Origin: Coniocarpon cinnabarinum
Lineage: Eukaryota
DNA: 64,000 nucleotides
Direction: 5' to 3'
Assembly (NCBI GenBank): GCA_051942205.1
Contig: JAVECO010000087.1
Span: forward strand, 1 to 64,000
The number at the start of each line of letters is the position of its first letter. The stretch's first letter is position 1. The notes beneath the pieces were generated by a model, which was given only the letters and a program-made list of their open reading frames with translations, had not been told where the DNA came from and made no database searches. Shown in pieces: positions 35,182-46,738 of the stretch. The position numbers and the translations under genes are program-made.

Positions 35182-36481
35182 CGGCTAAGTATGGCTTACG
35201 TGACATATACCTATGTTGAGGTGTCAATGTGACGAAAGTTGCGGAAGCCGGATGTCTCTGGCGGGCTACAATGTACCAGTGAGCGCGTCTCGCAGCCCTC
35301 CCCGCTAATGAAAGGTGCCTTTAAGCCGCAGACTCACATGAAGTGAAGAGGAACCTTTGACATACCAATCTCGTTCTGGGAAATCTAGTATTTACCCAGG
35401 TCTGGATAATCGGGACCACTTCTTCTCTCAGGTGTTGCCTGTTCATCCACGAGTCGGTTTGCCATATGATCTGAGTATAAGGATCTGTGATCATGACTGT
35501 ATCTCGAGGTCGTTGAGATCTTTAATCTGTCAAAGGAAGAAAACAGCAAACAGGCACAAAGGATCTGGAGAGCATTTGGTCCCGAGTCTCACCGACACCC
35601 TACCGACACCTGTTTGAAGGTTGTTGTCAGGAACTCAATGACGCTTTAAACGCCTTTTACCAGAACTGCCTCCGTTTTGAAAAGTCTTTTGAAAGTCGAG
35701 GCCAGTAAGAAGTCCAATCTCTTCAAGTTTGATATGCACCTGATTTCTGACACTTGTGAACAGCATTACGGAGGCGCGTGTGAGAGAGGCTGAAAACGCT
35801 TCATTCTATGTTAAGCTGCCGCATTACATGCGGTAGATAGTCAGCCAATCGGAGAATGAACGAGCACACCTGTTGCATCGCATTTTATTGCCAATGTGTG
35901 TTATTTTCAAGGAAGTGGAAGTGTGTTTCGTGAACTCAAAAGTCTATGAAGATGCTCTAAAGGTGGAAAAAGGGTCATGATACGTGTCAATATAACCTTC
36001 TACTTTGGGGATATAAAATGTGACTGGACTTCTTGCTATGCCAGTATCCAACCCAATTGGGCAAGTCCCAGGCGTGTGTCAGGATGAGAGCGAAGTATCG
36101 TTTTCGAAGGTTAGTATGCGTTGGTCAGACTTCTGATCGTCTTAATTCTCAAAAGGAAAATGGATGTGACCATTCTCATGAGCGCGAAGCCATTGTCTTG
36201 TTTTTGAAAAGAACGCTGTGATCCTAAAAACATAGATCTCGAGTTGTATACCGTGTGCTATAGTTTAATTACTGAAAGCGTATCGATTTCCAGTGCCGTC
36301 GAAGGTTCATGTCAAGGTCTATGCGAACTCAAAATCGAAGAGCTAAGCAGCGCTGTATTTATTTGTTTATTGACAACGTTGAGGCAGTAATGTAGACGCT
36401 ATTGAACTTGTCAGGATCTGAACGGGTGACAATTACTGTGGTCTCGTCTGTACAGTCAAGGCTGTTGATGAATTGCTCATC

Positions 36482-38178
36482 ATGCTACGCTCCCTCATGC
36501 TTCGTGTTCCTCGATGGATACGAAGTGGCCCTAACACATCAAACGAAGAGCCCGACCCGGCATTCGAAACTCGTTTCAAAACTCTTATGAGTGGTATCCC
36601 AGCTGAGAGCACGCGTGAGTATAAGCCGGGCGGGCTCCATCCGATCGATATAGGAGACATTCTCGACGGGCGCTACGTAATCCTGCGCAAGCTTGGGTAT
36701 GGTTCATATTCGACAGTCTGGCTGGCTGAGGACAAGAGGTAACTTCCACTTGATCTCAGCGAGATTGCGCGCAATGCATAGACCGAGAAGCTGAATGTTT
36801 CGCAAGGCATTCCCCTGTGATAGGCTCTCGAGATACAAGGCAGCAGGTGCACGGCTTCCAGAGGTCCTTCGACCTTCGGTCGTCAGGTTCCACAGGTGCA
36901 CAGACTCGCGCAACTGCAAGCTCCAGCCCCCCGAACTTTGTTGCAGTCAAGGTATTAAGAGCTTCAAGGCGTCATGATCTCGACAAAGAAGCGTCCATGT
37001 ACAATCATCTTCAAGGACATACGCTCTTACAAAGCCTGCGTCACCACGGAGACATTGTGAATCTCCTGAGGAGTTTCGAAATCGCCGGCCCGAATGGACG
37101 ACATAAGTGCTCAGTGCTAGAAGTCATGGGTCCATCTTGCGCTGAATATCTTAGTGACGTCAAAAGACATGGACGCGTCCAGACATCGGCATATAACGTT
37201 GAGTTAGCGCGGCGTATGACCAAGAGCCTTCTCTTTGGCGTGCATACTCTTCACACGAACAGAATTGTTCATGGGGACCTCCATCTTGGCAATCTTCTTC
37301 TTGGTCTGCAAGACCTGTCGGGAGTCTCAACCGATCAACTTTTACGTGAGAGAAGAGAAGAAGGAATAGACTTCGAGCCGCTTGAAAGAAAGGACCATCG
37401 TGTTGATCCCCACGCTCCTCGTTATTTGAATAGGTCAAGCCCTCTCAACGAGTGGATCAATGAAAGTGGGGAGAGCTTGAGTGTCAAGATCGCAGATCTC
37501 GGCAATGGTACGAGATGTGCCATGGTTTCCGACATGGAGCAGAATGCTAAAAAGCGATCTAGCCTTCTTTGTTGGCTCTCCACCAGCGCAAATACATACC
37601 CCTGCAAGTTACAGAGCTCCGGAAATTATTCTTGGACTCTCTGTTGACGAGAAAGTTGACATTTGGGCAGTGGGCTGTCTCATCTTTGCATTCTTCACAG
37701 GGTTCGTACGCCTACGCTTTGCGGAAGTCATCCGAGCCATGGGTCTAGCTGATGTATTGCCAGATTTACACCATTCTCTATCGACGATCATGCGCAAAAT
37801 GCTGATGAATTGACGGATGATGCGATGACACAATGGATAGATAGGCTTGGAGAGCCGCCAGATCGTATCCGAGATCGATGGGGACGACAAGATCTCTACT
37901 ACAATGCTCAATGGATCAAGGTAAGATCAGAGGTAGAATCTGGATCGCCGCCACGGGAACGTCGTCAAGATGTATATGTTTTCGACGTGATCGAGCGGGA
38001 ATTCATGAGCAACAAGGTCGAAGGACTGCAAGACTCAGAGGCAAGCGCCATATTGCGCTTGGTGAAGAGATTGCTGCAATGGCAGCCTTCTCAGCGACCT
38101 TGCACTGCTCAAATACTGTTAGATGAATGGGTTGCAGGACTCGAGCGTGACGATGTCCCAGCGATCCGTACAGCATGA
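36482..38178 (+). CDS. SRPK-like (CMGC) Ser/Thr protein kinase (about 4 exons)
   Basis: YKPGGLHPIDIGD, KLGYGSYSTVWLA, FVAVKV, GPNGRH, HGDLHLGN, KIADLG, YRAPE and DIWAVGC. The acceptor of the first intron is ambiguous. Confidence 0.9.
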
Positions 38179-38735
38179 AATGCACCTACTATACTGCGTG
38201 CCGACTCGGCACGCACCATGCGCACGATGGTACGGCCTTCCAGCCTCAAATCAAAAGCGTATCTCGGCTGACTCGATCAACGCTGAACAAATAAGCCTTG
38301 GATGAGCCCAAAACGTTGATTAGCGACGTGACGGTGTTCTTGACGGTCAGGATGATTTCAGATTAATCTTAATGCCTTAAAATACAGGCATAAGTATACG
38401 GATGTGTTACGTCACCTGGCTATAATGGATGTTTGCTGGCGTCTTAGGCGCGTGTTCAAGTCGACAGTCGCGCGTGTAGCAGATGAGTGTTTCTAGTTTT
38501 GAGCTTTCTCCAGTCTTTGGCGTTCGTCAGGTCGTTTCTGAAGCTCTTGGCTATTTGCACGATCGAACTTGATCGGGCCGGTGCTACGAGATCTCATCGC
38601 CCTGCCTGAACGTTGTCGGCTGACCCAGGTTCATCAATACACATTCATGTACACTACCACCTAAACGTTATCTTCAACCAGCGAGCGCAGTTCTTGCCTC
38701 TACTCGATACTCCGCCATCTTTACTGAACATCGTG

Positions 38736-41700
38736 ATGCGCGTCAGCGTACTGGAATGCGCTACGTACGGTCTCCCTACCCTTGCAGCGCTGGCTGTCGC
38801 CTTCGACGGCGAAACCACGAGACATGAGAACGGCCGCTGTGCTATTCGCGGACACTGTGGCAAGCAGAGCTTCTTTGGCAAAGAGCTTCCTTGCCCAGAC
38901 AATGGACTCGCAACAGACCCAAGCTCCGATCTTCGACAGAAGATTGTAGACACTTGTGGCGAAAAATGGAACAGTGGACCTGTCTGCTGCGCTGAGGATC
39001 AGGTCGAGGCTCTGGCTTCGAATCTGAAGACCGCGGAGAACTTCATTGCATCTTGTCCAGCATGTCGCAGCAATTTCTACAACCTCTTCTGCACTTTCAC
39101 CTGCTCGCCAGATCAGTCCCAGTTTATCAATGTTACCGAGGCAGTGCCTAACAAGGACAAGATGCTCGTCACCGAGCTGGATAACCTCTGGACCGAAAAA
39201 TACAAAGAAGGCTTCTACGAAAGTTGCAAGGATGTCAAGTTTGGCGCTGCCAACACTCCGGCCATGAGCTTTATCGGTGGCGGAGCAAAAAATTATTCCT
39301 CGTTTTTGGCTTTCCTCGGCAAGAAGAATCCTCCCTTTGGCAGTCCGTTCCAGATCAACTTCCCTAAGTTCAGCAACAACGACTTTCCAGGAACCACACC
39401 AGTGGACGAGACGTCGATACCCTGCAATAGTACCGACCCCCATCTCAGATGTTCTTGTGTCGATTGCGGAGGGTCTTGTGCAGAGCTTCCAGCTGTCGCT
39501 CAAGGCAGAGAGTGTCATGTCGGCGCTTGGCCGTGTCTTTCATTCGCAGTAGTGCTCATATATGCCATCGCAGTGGCGCTTCTGGTCACTGCAATAACTG
39601 GCCACGTTGCCTATCGCAAGAGAACACAAAGCAAGAATGAGCGTTTACGCATGCTACATGACACGGCCATGAGCGATGATGAGGATGAAGAGGAGATCGC
39701 ATATCCCATAACACCTAGCATTCTACCGACGAGACAATACTTTCTTAATACCTGGTGCGATCGAGCTTTCAGTCAGCTCGCTAGGATATGCGCAAGCTAT
39801 CCTGCAATGACCATAAGCATTAGCTTCTTAGTCATTGCTTTGATGAGCTTAGGCTGGATACGTTTTGATGTTGAGAGAAACCCCGTGCGTCTCTGGGTAG
39901 CACCAGACTCTGCAGCTGCAACCGAGAAAGCGTTTTTCGACGCGAATTTTGGACCATTCTACCGTGCCGAGCAAGCTTTTCTCGTCAACGACACCAATCC
40001 GACTGGACCTGGACCAGTGCTGAGCTACGAGACGCTGTGTTGGTGGTTTGACGTCGAAGGCAGAGTGCGTCGTCTGAAATCACCAAAGTCTGCAGCTACG
40101 CTGGATCAAATATGCTACAACCCAACAGGCGCTGCTTGCGTCGTGCAGTCCATCACTGGTTACTTCGGCGACTTCTCCTCGGTGGATCCGACCACCTGGG
40201 CTGTCGATCTGCAAGCGTGTGTTGACACCCCTTCCGATTGTCGACCAGACTGGGGCCTACCAATCGAGCCGAAGTTGGTCCTCGGAGGCAATGCAAAATC
40301 CGTTACAGATGCAAAGGCTATCGTGACGACATGGGTTGTGAGCAACCATCAGGAAGGCACTTCTGAGCTTGACCGGGCCATTGATTGGGAAGATACAGTC
40401 AACAATCTCATGCAAACGGTGCAGTGGGAAGCAAAGCAGCGCGGTTTACGTGTGTCCTTCAATACGGAGATCAGTCTGGAACAAGAGCTCAACAAAACCA
40501 CAAACACAGACGTCAAGATCGTTGTCGTCAGCTATATCATCATGTTCATCTACGCGTCACTTGCTCTGGGTTCTACAACTCTGGCACTTCGACAGATCAT
40601 GAAAACCCCATCAGTTGCACTAGTTCAGTCCAAGTTCATGCTAGGCGTGATTGGCATTGTCATAGTGCTGCTGTCCGTCTCCGCGTCTGTGGGCTTGTTC
40701 TCAGCTGCTGGCGTCAAAGTCACTCTTATCATTGCAGAAGTGATTCCATTCTTAGTTCTGGCTATCGGAGTCGACAACATATTCTTGATCGTGCACGAGT
40801 TCGAGAGGGTCAACGCCAGCCACCCCGACGCACCTGTCGAAGAACGCCTAGCGAAGTCACTTGGTCGTATGGGTCCAAGTATACTTCTTTCGGCTACCAT
40901 GGAGACCGTCGCCTTTGCACTCGGCGCCGTCGTTGGCATGCCTGCCGTGCGTAATTTTGCGATATACGCTGCAGGCGCAGTGGTCATCAACGCACTGTTG
41001 CAGGTCACCATGTTCGTCTCGGCGCTGGCGCTAAACCAGCAGCGCGTTGAAGCGGGACGAGCGGACTGCGTTCCCTGCTTGCGAGTACGTCAACCAGTTG
41101 GTCTCTACGAAGATGAGCACGTCGATCCAGAGGATACTGGTCTCCAAAGATTCATCCGCCGAACCTACGCTCCAGCGTTGCTCGGCAACCGTGCCAAAGT
41201 TTTGATTACGGCTCTCTTTGTGGGTCTCTTCACAGCCGGCCTTGCCCTCCTTCCCACTCTCAAGTTGGGTCTTGATCAACGAATAGCCATTCCCTCCGAC
41301 TCATATCTTATTCCATATTTCAACGACTTGTACGATTACTTCAATGCCGGGCCTCCTCTTTACTTCGTTACTCGCTCCGTCAACGCCACGCATCGACCGG
41401 AACAGCAACAGCTATGTGGTCGCTTTTCAACTTGCAACTCTTTCTCCCTTGCCGGCATCCTTGAACAGGAGCGCAAACGTCCCTCAATATCGTATATCTC
41501 AGACTCGGCCGCGAGTTGGGTCGACGACTTTTTCCTATGGCTCAACCCCACTCTTGGCGACGCAGGATGTACTCTCTCTGACGGGGAGACGCCTTGCTTT
41601 GCTGACCGCGAACCACCTTGGAATGTCACCCTCTCGGGCATGCCTGAAGGTATGGAATACGTGCAGTACCTGCAGAAATGGCTACACACACCTACAGACG

Positions 41701-42728
41701 AGTCATCACCGCTTGGTGGCCAGGCAGGCTACTCCAACGCCGTGGTAGTGGACAACTCTTCGCTCTCCATACCTGCATCCCATTTCCGTACATCCCACAC
41801 ACCACTCAGAAGCCAAGACGATTTCATCTCCGCCCTCGCCGCCGCGCGCCGCGTCGCTACCGGGATTGAATCCTACAATCCTGGCGTCGACGTGTTTCCC
41901 TACAGCAAATTCTACATCTTCTTCGACATGTACGCTACCATTACCCGGCTCACAATCTCCCTTCTCGCAGCAGCCATCGCATCCTGCTTCGTCATATCCG
42001 CTGTCCTCCTCGGCTCTTTACGAACCGCGCTCGTAGTCGCTCTCACCGTCACAATGACGGTCGTCGACATTGCAGGCGCAATGGCTCTCTTCAACGTCTC
42101 CCTCAACGCCATTACCCTTGTCAACCTCGTCATCTCCGTCGGCATCTCCCTTGAATTCTGCGCTCACATTGCGCGCGCCTTCCAGTTCCCGCGGTCTCGC
42201 TCGCTTGCCGACGCGGCTGCTTTCCTGTCCAGTCCGGGTCAGGCAGCGCCCGTGAGCTTGACCAACGGCGCCGGCACTGTGGGAAATGGATTGCGCAACG
42301 CCTTCACGCGTCGTATGCCTTCATCCTTTACAGCTGCACGGACTGCCTCTGTAGCCTCAGCCACCCGCACAACCGCCAAAACAGCATCCCAGACAGCGAG
42401 CCTTTCCCGCCATGCACGCGTCCTGGCAAGCTTGGCTTCCGTTGGTGGCTCAGTCTTCAGCGGCATCACGCTTACAAAGCTGCTAGGCGTCTGTGTGCTA
42501 GCGTTCACACGGTCTAAGATCTTCGAGGTCTACTATTTCCGTGTGTGGCTTGCGTTGGTGGTGCTAGGGGCTTTGCACGCGCTGGTGTGGTTGCCGGTTG
42601 CATTAGCGTGGATGGGCGGGAACAAGGGATGGAAGGGTGTTGATGGTGAAGGAGGTTGGGAGGAAGATTTAAGGAGACGACGGGTGTGGGATGGGGAGGA
42701 AGGGGACTGGGCGGAGTATGAGGACTAA
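38736..42728 (+). CDS. NCR1: Niemann-Pick C1-like sterol transporter
   Basis: Signal peptide, Cys-rich N-terminal domain (CPACRSNFYNLFCTFTCSPDQS), sterol-sensing domain (EVIPFLVLAIGVDNIF, MPAVRNF) and GITLTKLLG...FTRSKIFEVYYFR. Single uninterrupted ORF; first ATG at 38736. Confidence 0.97.
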   Translation: MRVSVLECATYGLPTLAALAVAFDGETTRHENGRCAIRGHCGKQSFFGKELPCPDNGLATDPSSDLRQKIVDTCGEKWNSGPVCCAEDQVEALASNLKTAENFIASCPACRSNFYNLFCTFTCSPDQSQFINVTEAVPNKDKMLVTELDNLWTEKYKEGFYESCKDVKFGAANTPAMSFIGGGAKNYSSFLAFLGKKNPPFGSPFQINFPKFSNNDFPGTTPVDETSIPCNSTDPHLRCSCVDCGGSCAELPAVAQGRECHVGAWPCLSFAVVLIYAIAVALLVTAITGHVAYRKRTQSKNERLRMLHDTAMSDDEDEEEIAYPITPSILPTRQYFLNTWCDRAFSQLARICASYPAMTISISFLVIALMSLGWIRFDVERNPVRLWVAPDSAAATEKAFFDANFGPFYRAEQAFLVNDTNPTGPGPVLSYETLCWWFDVEGRVRRLKSPKSAATLDQICYNPTGAACVVQSITGYFGDFSSVDPTTWAVDLQACVDTPSDCRPDWGLPIEPKLVLGGNAKSVTDAKAIVTTWVVSNHQEGTSELDRAIDWEDTVNNLMQTVQWEAKQRGLRVSFNTEISLEQELNKTTNTDVKIVVVSYIIMFIYASLALGSTTLALRQIMKTPSVALVQSKFMLGVIGIVIVLLSVSASVGLFSAAGVKVTLIIAEVIPFLVLAIGVDNIFLIVHEFERVNASHPDAPVEERLAKSLGRMGPSILLSATMETVAFALGAVVGMPAVRNFAIYAAGAVVINALLQVTMFVSALALNQQRVEAGRADCVPCLRVRQPVGLYEDEHVDPEDTGLQRFIRRTYAPALLGNRAKVLITALFVGLFTAGLALLPTLKLGLDQRIAIPSDSYLIPYFNDLYDYFNAGPPLYFVTRSVNATHRPEQQQLCGRFSTCNSFSLAGILEQERKRPSISYISDSAASWVDDFFLWLNPTLGDAGCTLSDGETPCFADREPPWNVTLSGMPEGMEYVQYLQKWLHTPTDESSPLGGQAGYSNAVVVDNSSLSIPASHFRTSHTPLRSQDDFISALAAARRVATGIESYNPGVDVFPYSKFYIFFDMYATITRLTISLLAAAIASCFVISAVLLGSLRTALVVALTVTMTVVDIAGAMALFNVSLNAITLVNLVISVGISLEFCAHIARAFQFPRSRSLADAAAFLSSPGQAAPVSLTNGAGTVGNGLRNAFTRRMPSSFTAARTASVASATRTTAKTASQTASLSRHARVLASLASVGGSVFSGITLTKLLGVCVLAFTRSKIFEVYYFRVWLALVVLGALHALVWLPVALAWMGGNKGWKGVDGEGGWEEDLRRRRVWDGEEGDWAEYED

Positions 42729-43176
42729 GCTTCGTGCGTTGATGCTCGAAATCGGGTAGAAGCTTTGATAGTTGGATAACGACGTTACGATTGTGCTAAT
42801 AAGCTCTGAGTCTTGAAAGGCATTTTAATAGCTACTTCGTGGTTTACAAAGAGCGTTTTAATTGCGCCGATGTGCTTCTTTTGACCATGGCCGTATTTGG
42901 GACAGGGTGTGAGCTGTGTTCTGCGATGTTCGCGATACAATAATACAGACGACGAGCATGAATATCCGGTAGGGGTCGAAAGCAAGGTACTATCGACGAC
43001 GTATCTGAGGACGTCTCTGCAGGTGCCGCAGAAAATACTCTTCAACAATCACAAAAGAGAGATTGGAAGTAGAGAAATCAGTGCTTCTCTTAGAGGATCT
43101 TGACAGCCTCTAGATCTGCTGCTCAGCAGCATCTTCGTAAGTCTATGAAGATTTACACTCATGCTCATTTGTCATA

Positions 43177-44847
43177 TCACAATGCAATGCCAATCCCCAT
43201 CACCACTTCCTTGGGCTTACTCACCACACCAAGATTATCAGCACTCGAAACCACCTCATCCTCCTCAGTACCCTCATAATTCTCACTAGAAACACTATCA
43301 TCACTCCCCCTCCGCTCACCTTCGTCCCCTTCGCGGTCGCTCCTACCTTTGACGGGACTCAATCCAAGCGAGCCATTCGGCAACGGCTTCCGCGCAACAA
43401 CACCGCCTCTGGGGCTTGGACTTGTCCTTACGCTTCGGGCGCTGGAGCGGCGCCGGCCCAGCGCCGCGGCGTGCGCATTCATCATCGCGTCGAGCATGGT
43501 TAGAGCGGTCGTGGAACGGAGACTGTCGGCGTTCTGCGTGCTTTGGTCAGCTTGTGGGAATGCGGGCAGTGTCGGCGACGACTGACTTGCGATTGTGCCG
43601 GCGCCTGGGTCAGCTACGCTGGGGCGGGGTGTAGGACTCGCGAGGATCGAGGCTTGCTGGGGCTTGATGGTGGGTTGGGGGAGAGGTGTGCTTGGCTCGA
43701 CGATCATGGAAGTGGATGCGGGTGATGGGGGGATGTAGAAAGTTTGCAGGCTTGGTGCTGTTTTGTCTGGAATTGGGAGGCTTGGTGATGGTTTGGGAGA
43801 AGCTCGTGAGAAGCGGGCTGAGAACACTGCTTTGGCGATCTCCTCAGGGTCAACTGGGTGACATCGAAGAGGATTTACTTCCGATGTGAGAAGCGGTGCC
43901 TGAGGTGCCCATGTGAATTTCGAATTCTTGAGAGATGGCGGATCGCTGAGGGAATAGTCGGAGACGGAACTCAGTGTTGGTGAGTCTGTTGAGGCGAGTG
44001 TTGACGGTGAAGCAGTAAGAGGCGATGGCGGGTCAAGCCACGTCTGTTTGTCGGGAGCCGATATCGACAGCGAGTCAACGCCAACGGTCGTTGTAGAGTC
44101 TAGCCATGTATTGGAGTTCGGATCTTTCGCTTGAGCCTCATCGTCGCAAGACTCTGGAGATAGGTTGATGACAGAAGGGCCATCCAACCAAGAATTCGTG
44201 CTGCGGTCCATGGCCGAGTTGAGCGTCAGCCATGATCGTGAAGTAAGATCAGTTGCGTTGCTAGAAATTGTGCGCCATTCAACGCTTGACTCAGATATCT
44301 CAGACACAGAGTCAAGCATTGACGATTTCTGTGAGCTCGCGTAACTGCCACTACAGCCGCTGTCACTGCTTGAGACACTGTCAGACGAGTCTGCATCACC
44401 ATCCTCCCCAATGGTGTTGAGTGATGGCGTACGGTTGAGCACGCTCTTTCGCCTTGGCCTCTGTGCTCGCCGTATCTCACGCTTTGCACGCATATCGGTA
44501 TACTCTCGCTTGATTTGGCGCTTGGCCAAATTCGAGACTTTGGTAGGCGATGGCACTGGGATGTGACTATGATGGACTACGTTTCCCATGGTGTCATCCC
44601 GGTCACTCATATCATCTCTCGAGACTGCGAGATGCGTTCCAACCTGTGGAGAGGGTTGAGAGCTTGCGCTTGCGCTGGAACGACGAGCTTTTAGTGATGG
44701 ACGGCGAAGCAGCGTCTGTGTGGTGTTCGAAGCTAAAACACGGTGAAGAGCCGTTGAATGAACGACTGCTTTTGTGGGAATGGTATTCCGGGGACAGATC
44801 CGGTCCGTGGATGTTCCAGAAGTTGTGAGAGAAGTTGAAACAGCCAT
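43177..44847 (-). CDS. Hypothetical Ser/Pro-rich, probably disordered protein (556 aa)
   Basis: Long ATG-initiated ORF with no recognisable domain and repeated [ST]WL motifs. Confidence 0.75.
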   Translation of the reverse strand: MAVSTSLTTSGTSTDRICPRNTIPTKAVVHSTALHRVLASNTTQTLLRRPSLKARRSSASASSQPSPQVGTHLAVSRDDMSDRDDTMGNVVHHSHIPVPSPTKVSNLAKRQIKREYTDMRAKREIRRAQRPRRKSVLNRTPSLNTIGEDGDADSSDSVSSSDSGCSGSYASSQKSSMLDSVSEISESSVEWRTISSNATDLTSRSWLTLNSAMDRSTNSWLDGPSVINLSPESCDDEAQAKDPNSNTWLDSTTTVGVDSLSISAPDKQTWLDPPSPLTASPSTLASTDSPTLSSVSDYSLSDPPSLKNSKFTWAPQAPLLTSEVNPLRCHPVDPEEIAKAVFSARFSRASPKPSPSLPIPDKTAPSLQTFYIPPSPASTSMIVEPSTPLPQPTIKPQQASILASPTPRPSVADPGAGTIASQSSPTLPAFPQADQSTQNADSLRSTTALTMLDAMMNAHAAALGRRRSSARSVRTSPSPRGGVVARKPLPNGSLGLSPVKGRSDREGDEGERRGSDDSVSSENYEGTEEDEVVSSADNLGVVSKPKEVVMGIGIAL

Positions 44848-46738
44848 GTCTCAGAAACGGTAATCTCAAAATACGAAATACGAGAATGCAAGAACGATAG
44901 GAAAGTGTTTGAACAGAGAGCTTGACGGACCGCAGGATAGCGTTGAGAGCCGTGTTTAAGCGAACTCCATCCATAGCGCGTCAGGGACAATGAACGATGA
45001 ATGAAAGAATTTTGGCGGTACAAAGGGCCATTGTTTACAATGTGTGGCTTGATTATGTTAGTCAATGTGGCGCGGGTCCCGGACGGTCTCCATCTGACAG
45101 CTGGAAGGAATATTTCGTGCAGGTGCTATCTTGGTGCGTATCTGTCTCGCAGTCGCCCCCAACTTTGAATATTCTCCATAGATGGAAGCAGCTTGTTGAT
45201 CCCAGCAGATCTCCGGGCTTCGTAAACGTTATACAGTCGGTCGACCCTGCATTCCGAGCCAACGGCCCAGATCGCTCATTAGCGAACGATACAGCAATAT
45301 GAACAATAATATCTGTGGCACTGGAACGAAAGGCACGGCCAAGTTGTAGAAACCTTCTGCGTAGGAAGAGGCTCTAGTGATGGATCTGGTCTACAGAGTC
45401 TGCACTGCAGAGTGTGACGAAACGATATGACAAATGTCGACGCACATCAGGCCAGAATTGGAAGTACGCTCGGGGATTTCAGAGGTTGTTGTGGCTGGCT
45501 TGGATAGATCGGTGGGGCTGGACGTGCAGGGTTGTGATCAGAGATGCTTCTCCATTGCCCCGAGATACGAAGCATTGCGCTATGATGACGAATGTAGGGG
45601 CTTTGATGTGGACGCAGACTCATGAGCTCGGATACAACCGGACGTGTAAGCACCAATGCTCACCTTGAAACGGCGCTCGAGATACGTATGGATGCCTACC
45701 ACGGAATATAAACTTTGACTAGCCGCACAGCATGCAGGCAGAGCTCCACAGGCCGCATAGCCGGCGTTATAGACGGACGTGGCCACCAACCAGACCCTCA
45801 AGGCGTGCGAGGAACAAGGTCAGGCAATACGTGCGTGTCATTCTGTGTCAGTGTTGTCAGACACGTCGAGACTTTCAGAGAGCCACCAGTTCTCTTAGTC
45901 AATCACAAGCAAGGTTGAGACATGAGGGGATGAGGCGCATATCCTACATTGTTTGCGCGTAAATACAGATACATGGCATGGTCAGTGGACGAATTTGTTG
46001 TTCCCTGCTAATTTAGACCTAATCCTATTTCGTAAGTCACGTGATCTTGACTCCTTCCCAGACTTATGCCTTCGTTCCTCACTTCCTATTTGCACTTGCT
46101 TAGCTACTTTACATGCATCTCCCAAGTTTTCCTTTCTCATGTTTTGAATGCGTGAAAAGCCTGCTGCTGAAGTTTTTTTCTACGGTTCGAGCGTGTGAGG
46201 ACGGATGTCAGGCCGAGTGGCAATGTCTCAGATTCCCTGTCATGGCCCTCATGCAGATCAGCGCGTTGTCTAGGCTCGTATTCGCCTCTGATGTGAGTCC
46301 TTTGACTCGAAAAGGTAGACTGACAGCCCCGCACGTGGACACATGGCGACAGCTGCGCACCCTCCATTGTGGTGTGCACCAAGACAAAGACCCACGCTCT
46401 GACGGACGTGGAGTTGCTCGCCCAGGCCGTCGAGAACAGTGTGCGAACAAGCCATTGTTCTCCTCAATGGCTACTGTAACGCACACGGCCTTTGTCTGTG
46501 ATCTGACATTGGAACGTCCAGTCTGGCTCCGCATCATCCTTCCTGCCCCCAGTTTTCCATAGTGTATAGTCCTGCAACGCTTCCCGCTGTCGCTTAATTG
46601 TTTCCTTTTGCGGCATCAGCTTTCGTCATCTCGATTCTTTTCAATGATTTTGCAGCAACGTCTGCGCTAATACTGCTTTTGCTGGCAAAAGAGCTTTGCA
46701 CTTGTTTTGTATTTAGTGGACAACGAAGAATTTCTCAC

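Noticed and set aside
35651..35666. CGCCTTTTACCAGAAC resembles U5 snRNA loop I and its 3' stem strand
   Set aside because: The upstream bases (CTTTAAA) cannot pair with AGAAC to close the stem, and no clear Sm site follows. Treated as a chance match; an Infernal/Rfam search would settle it.
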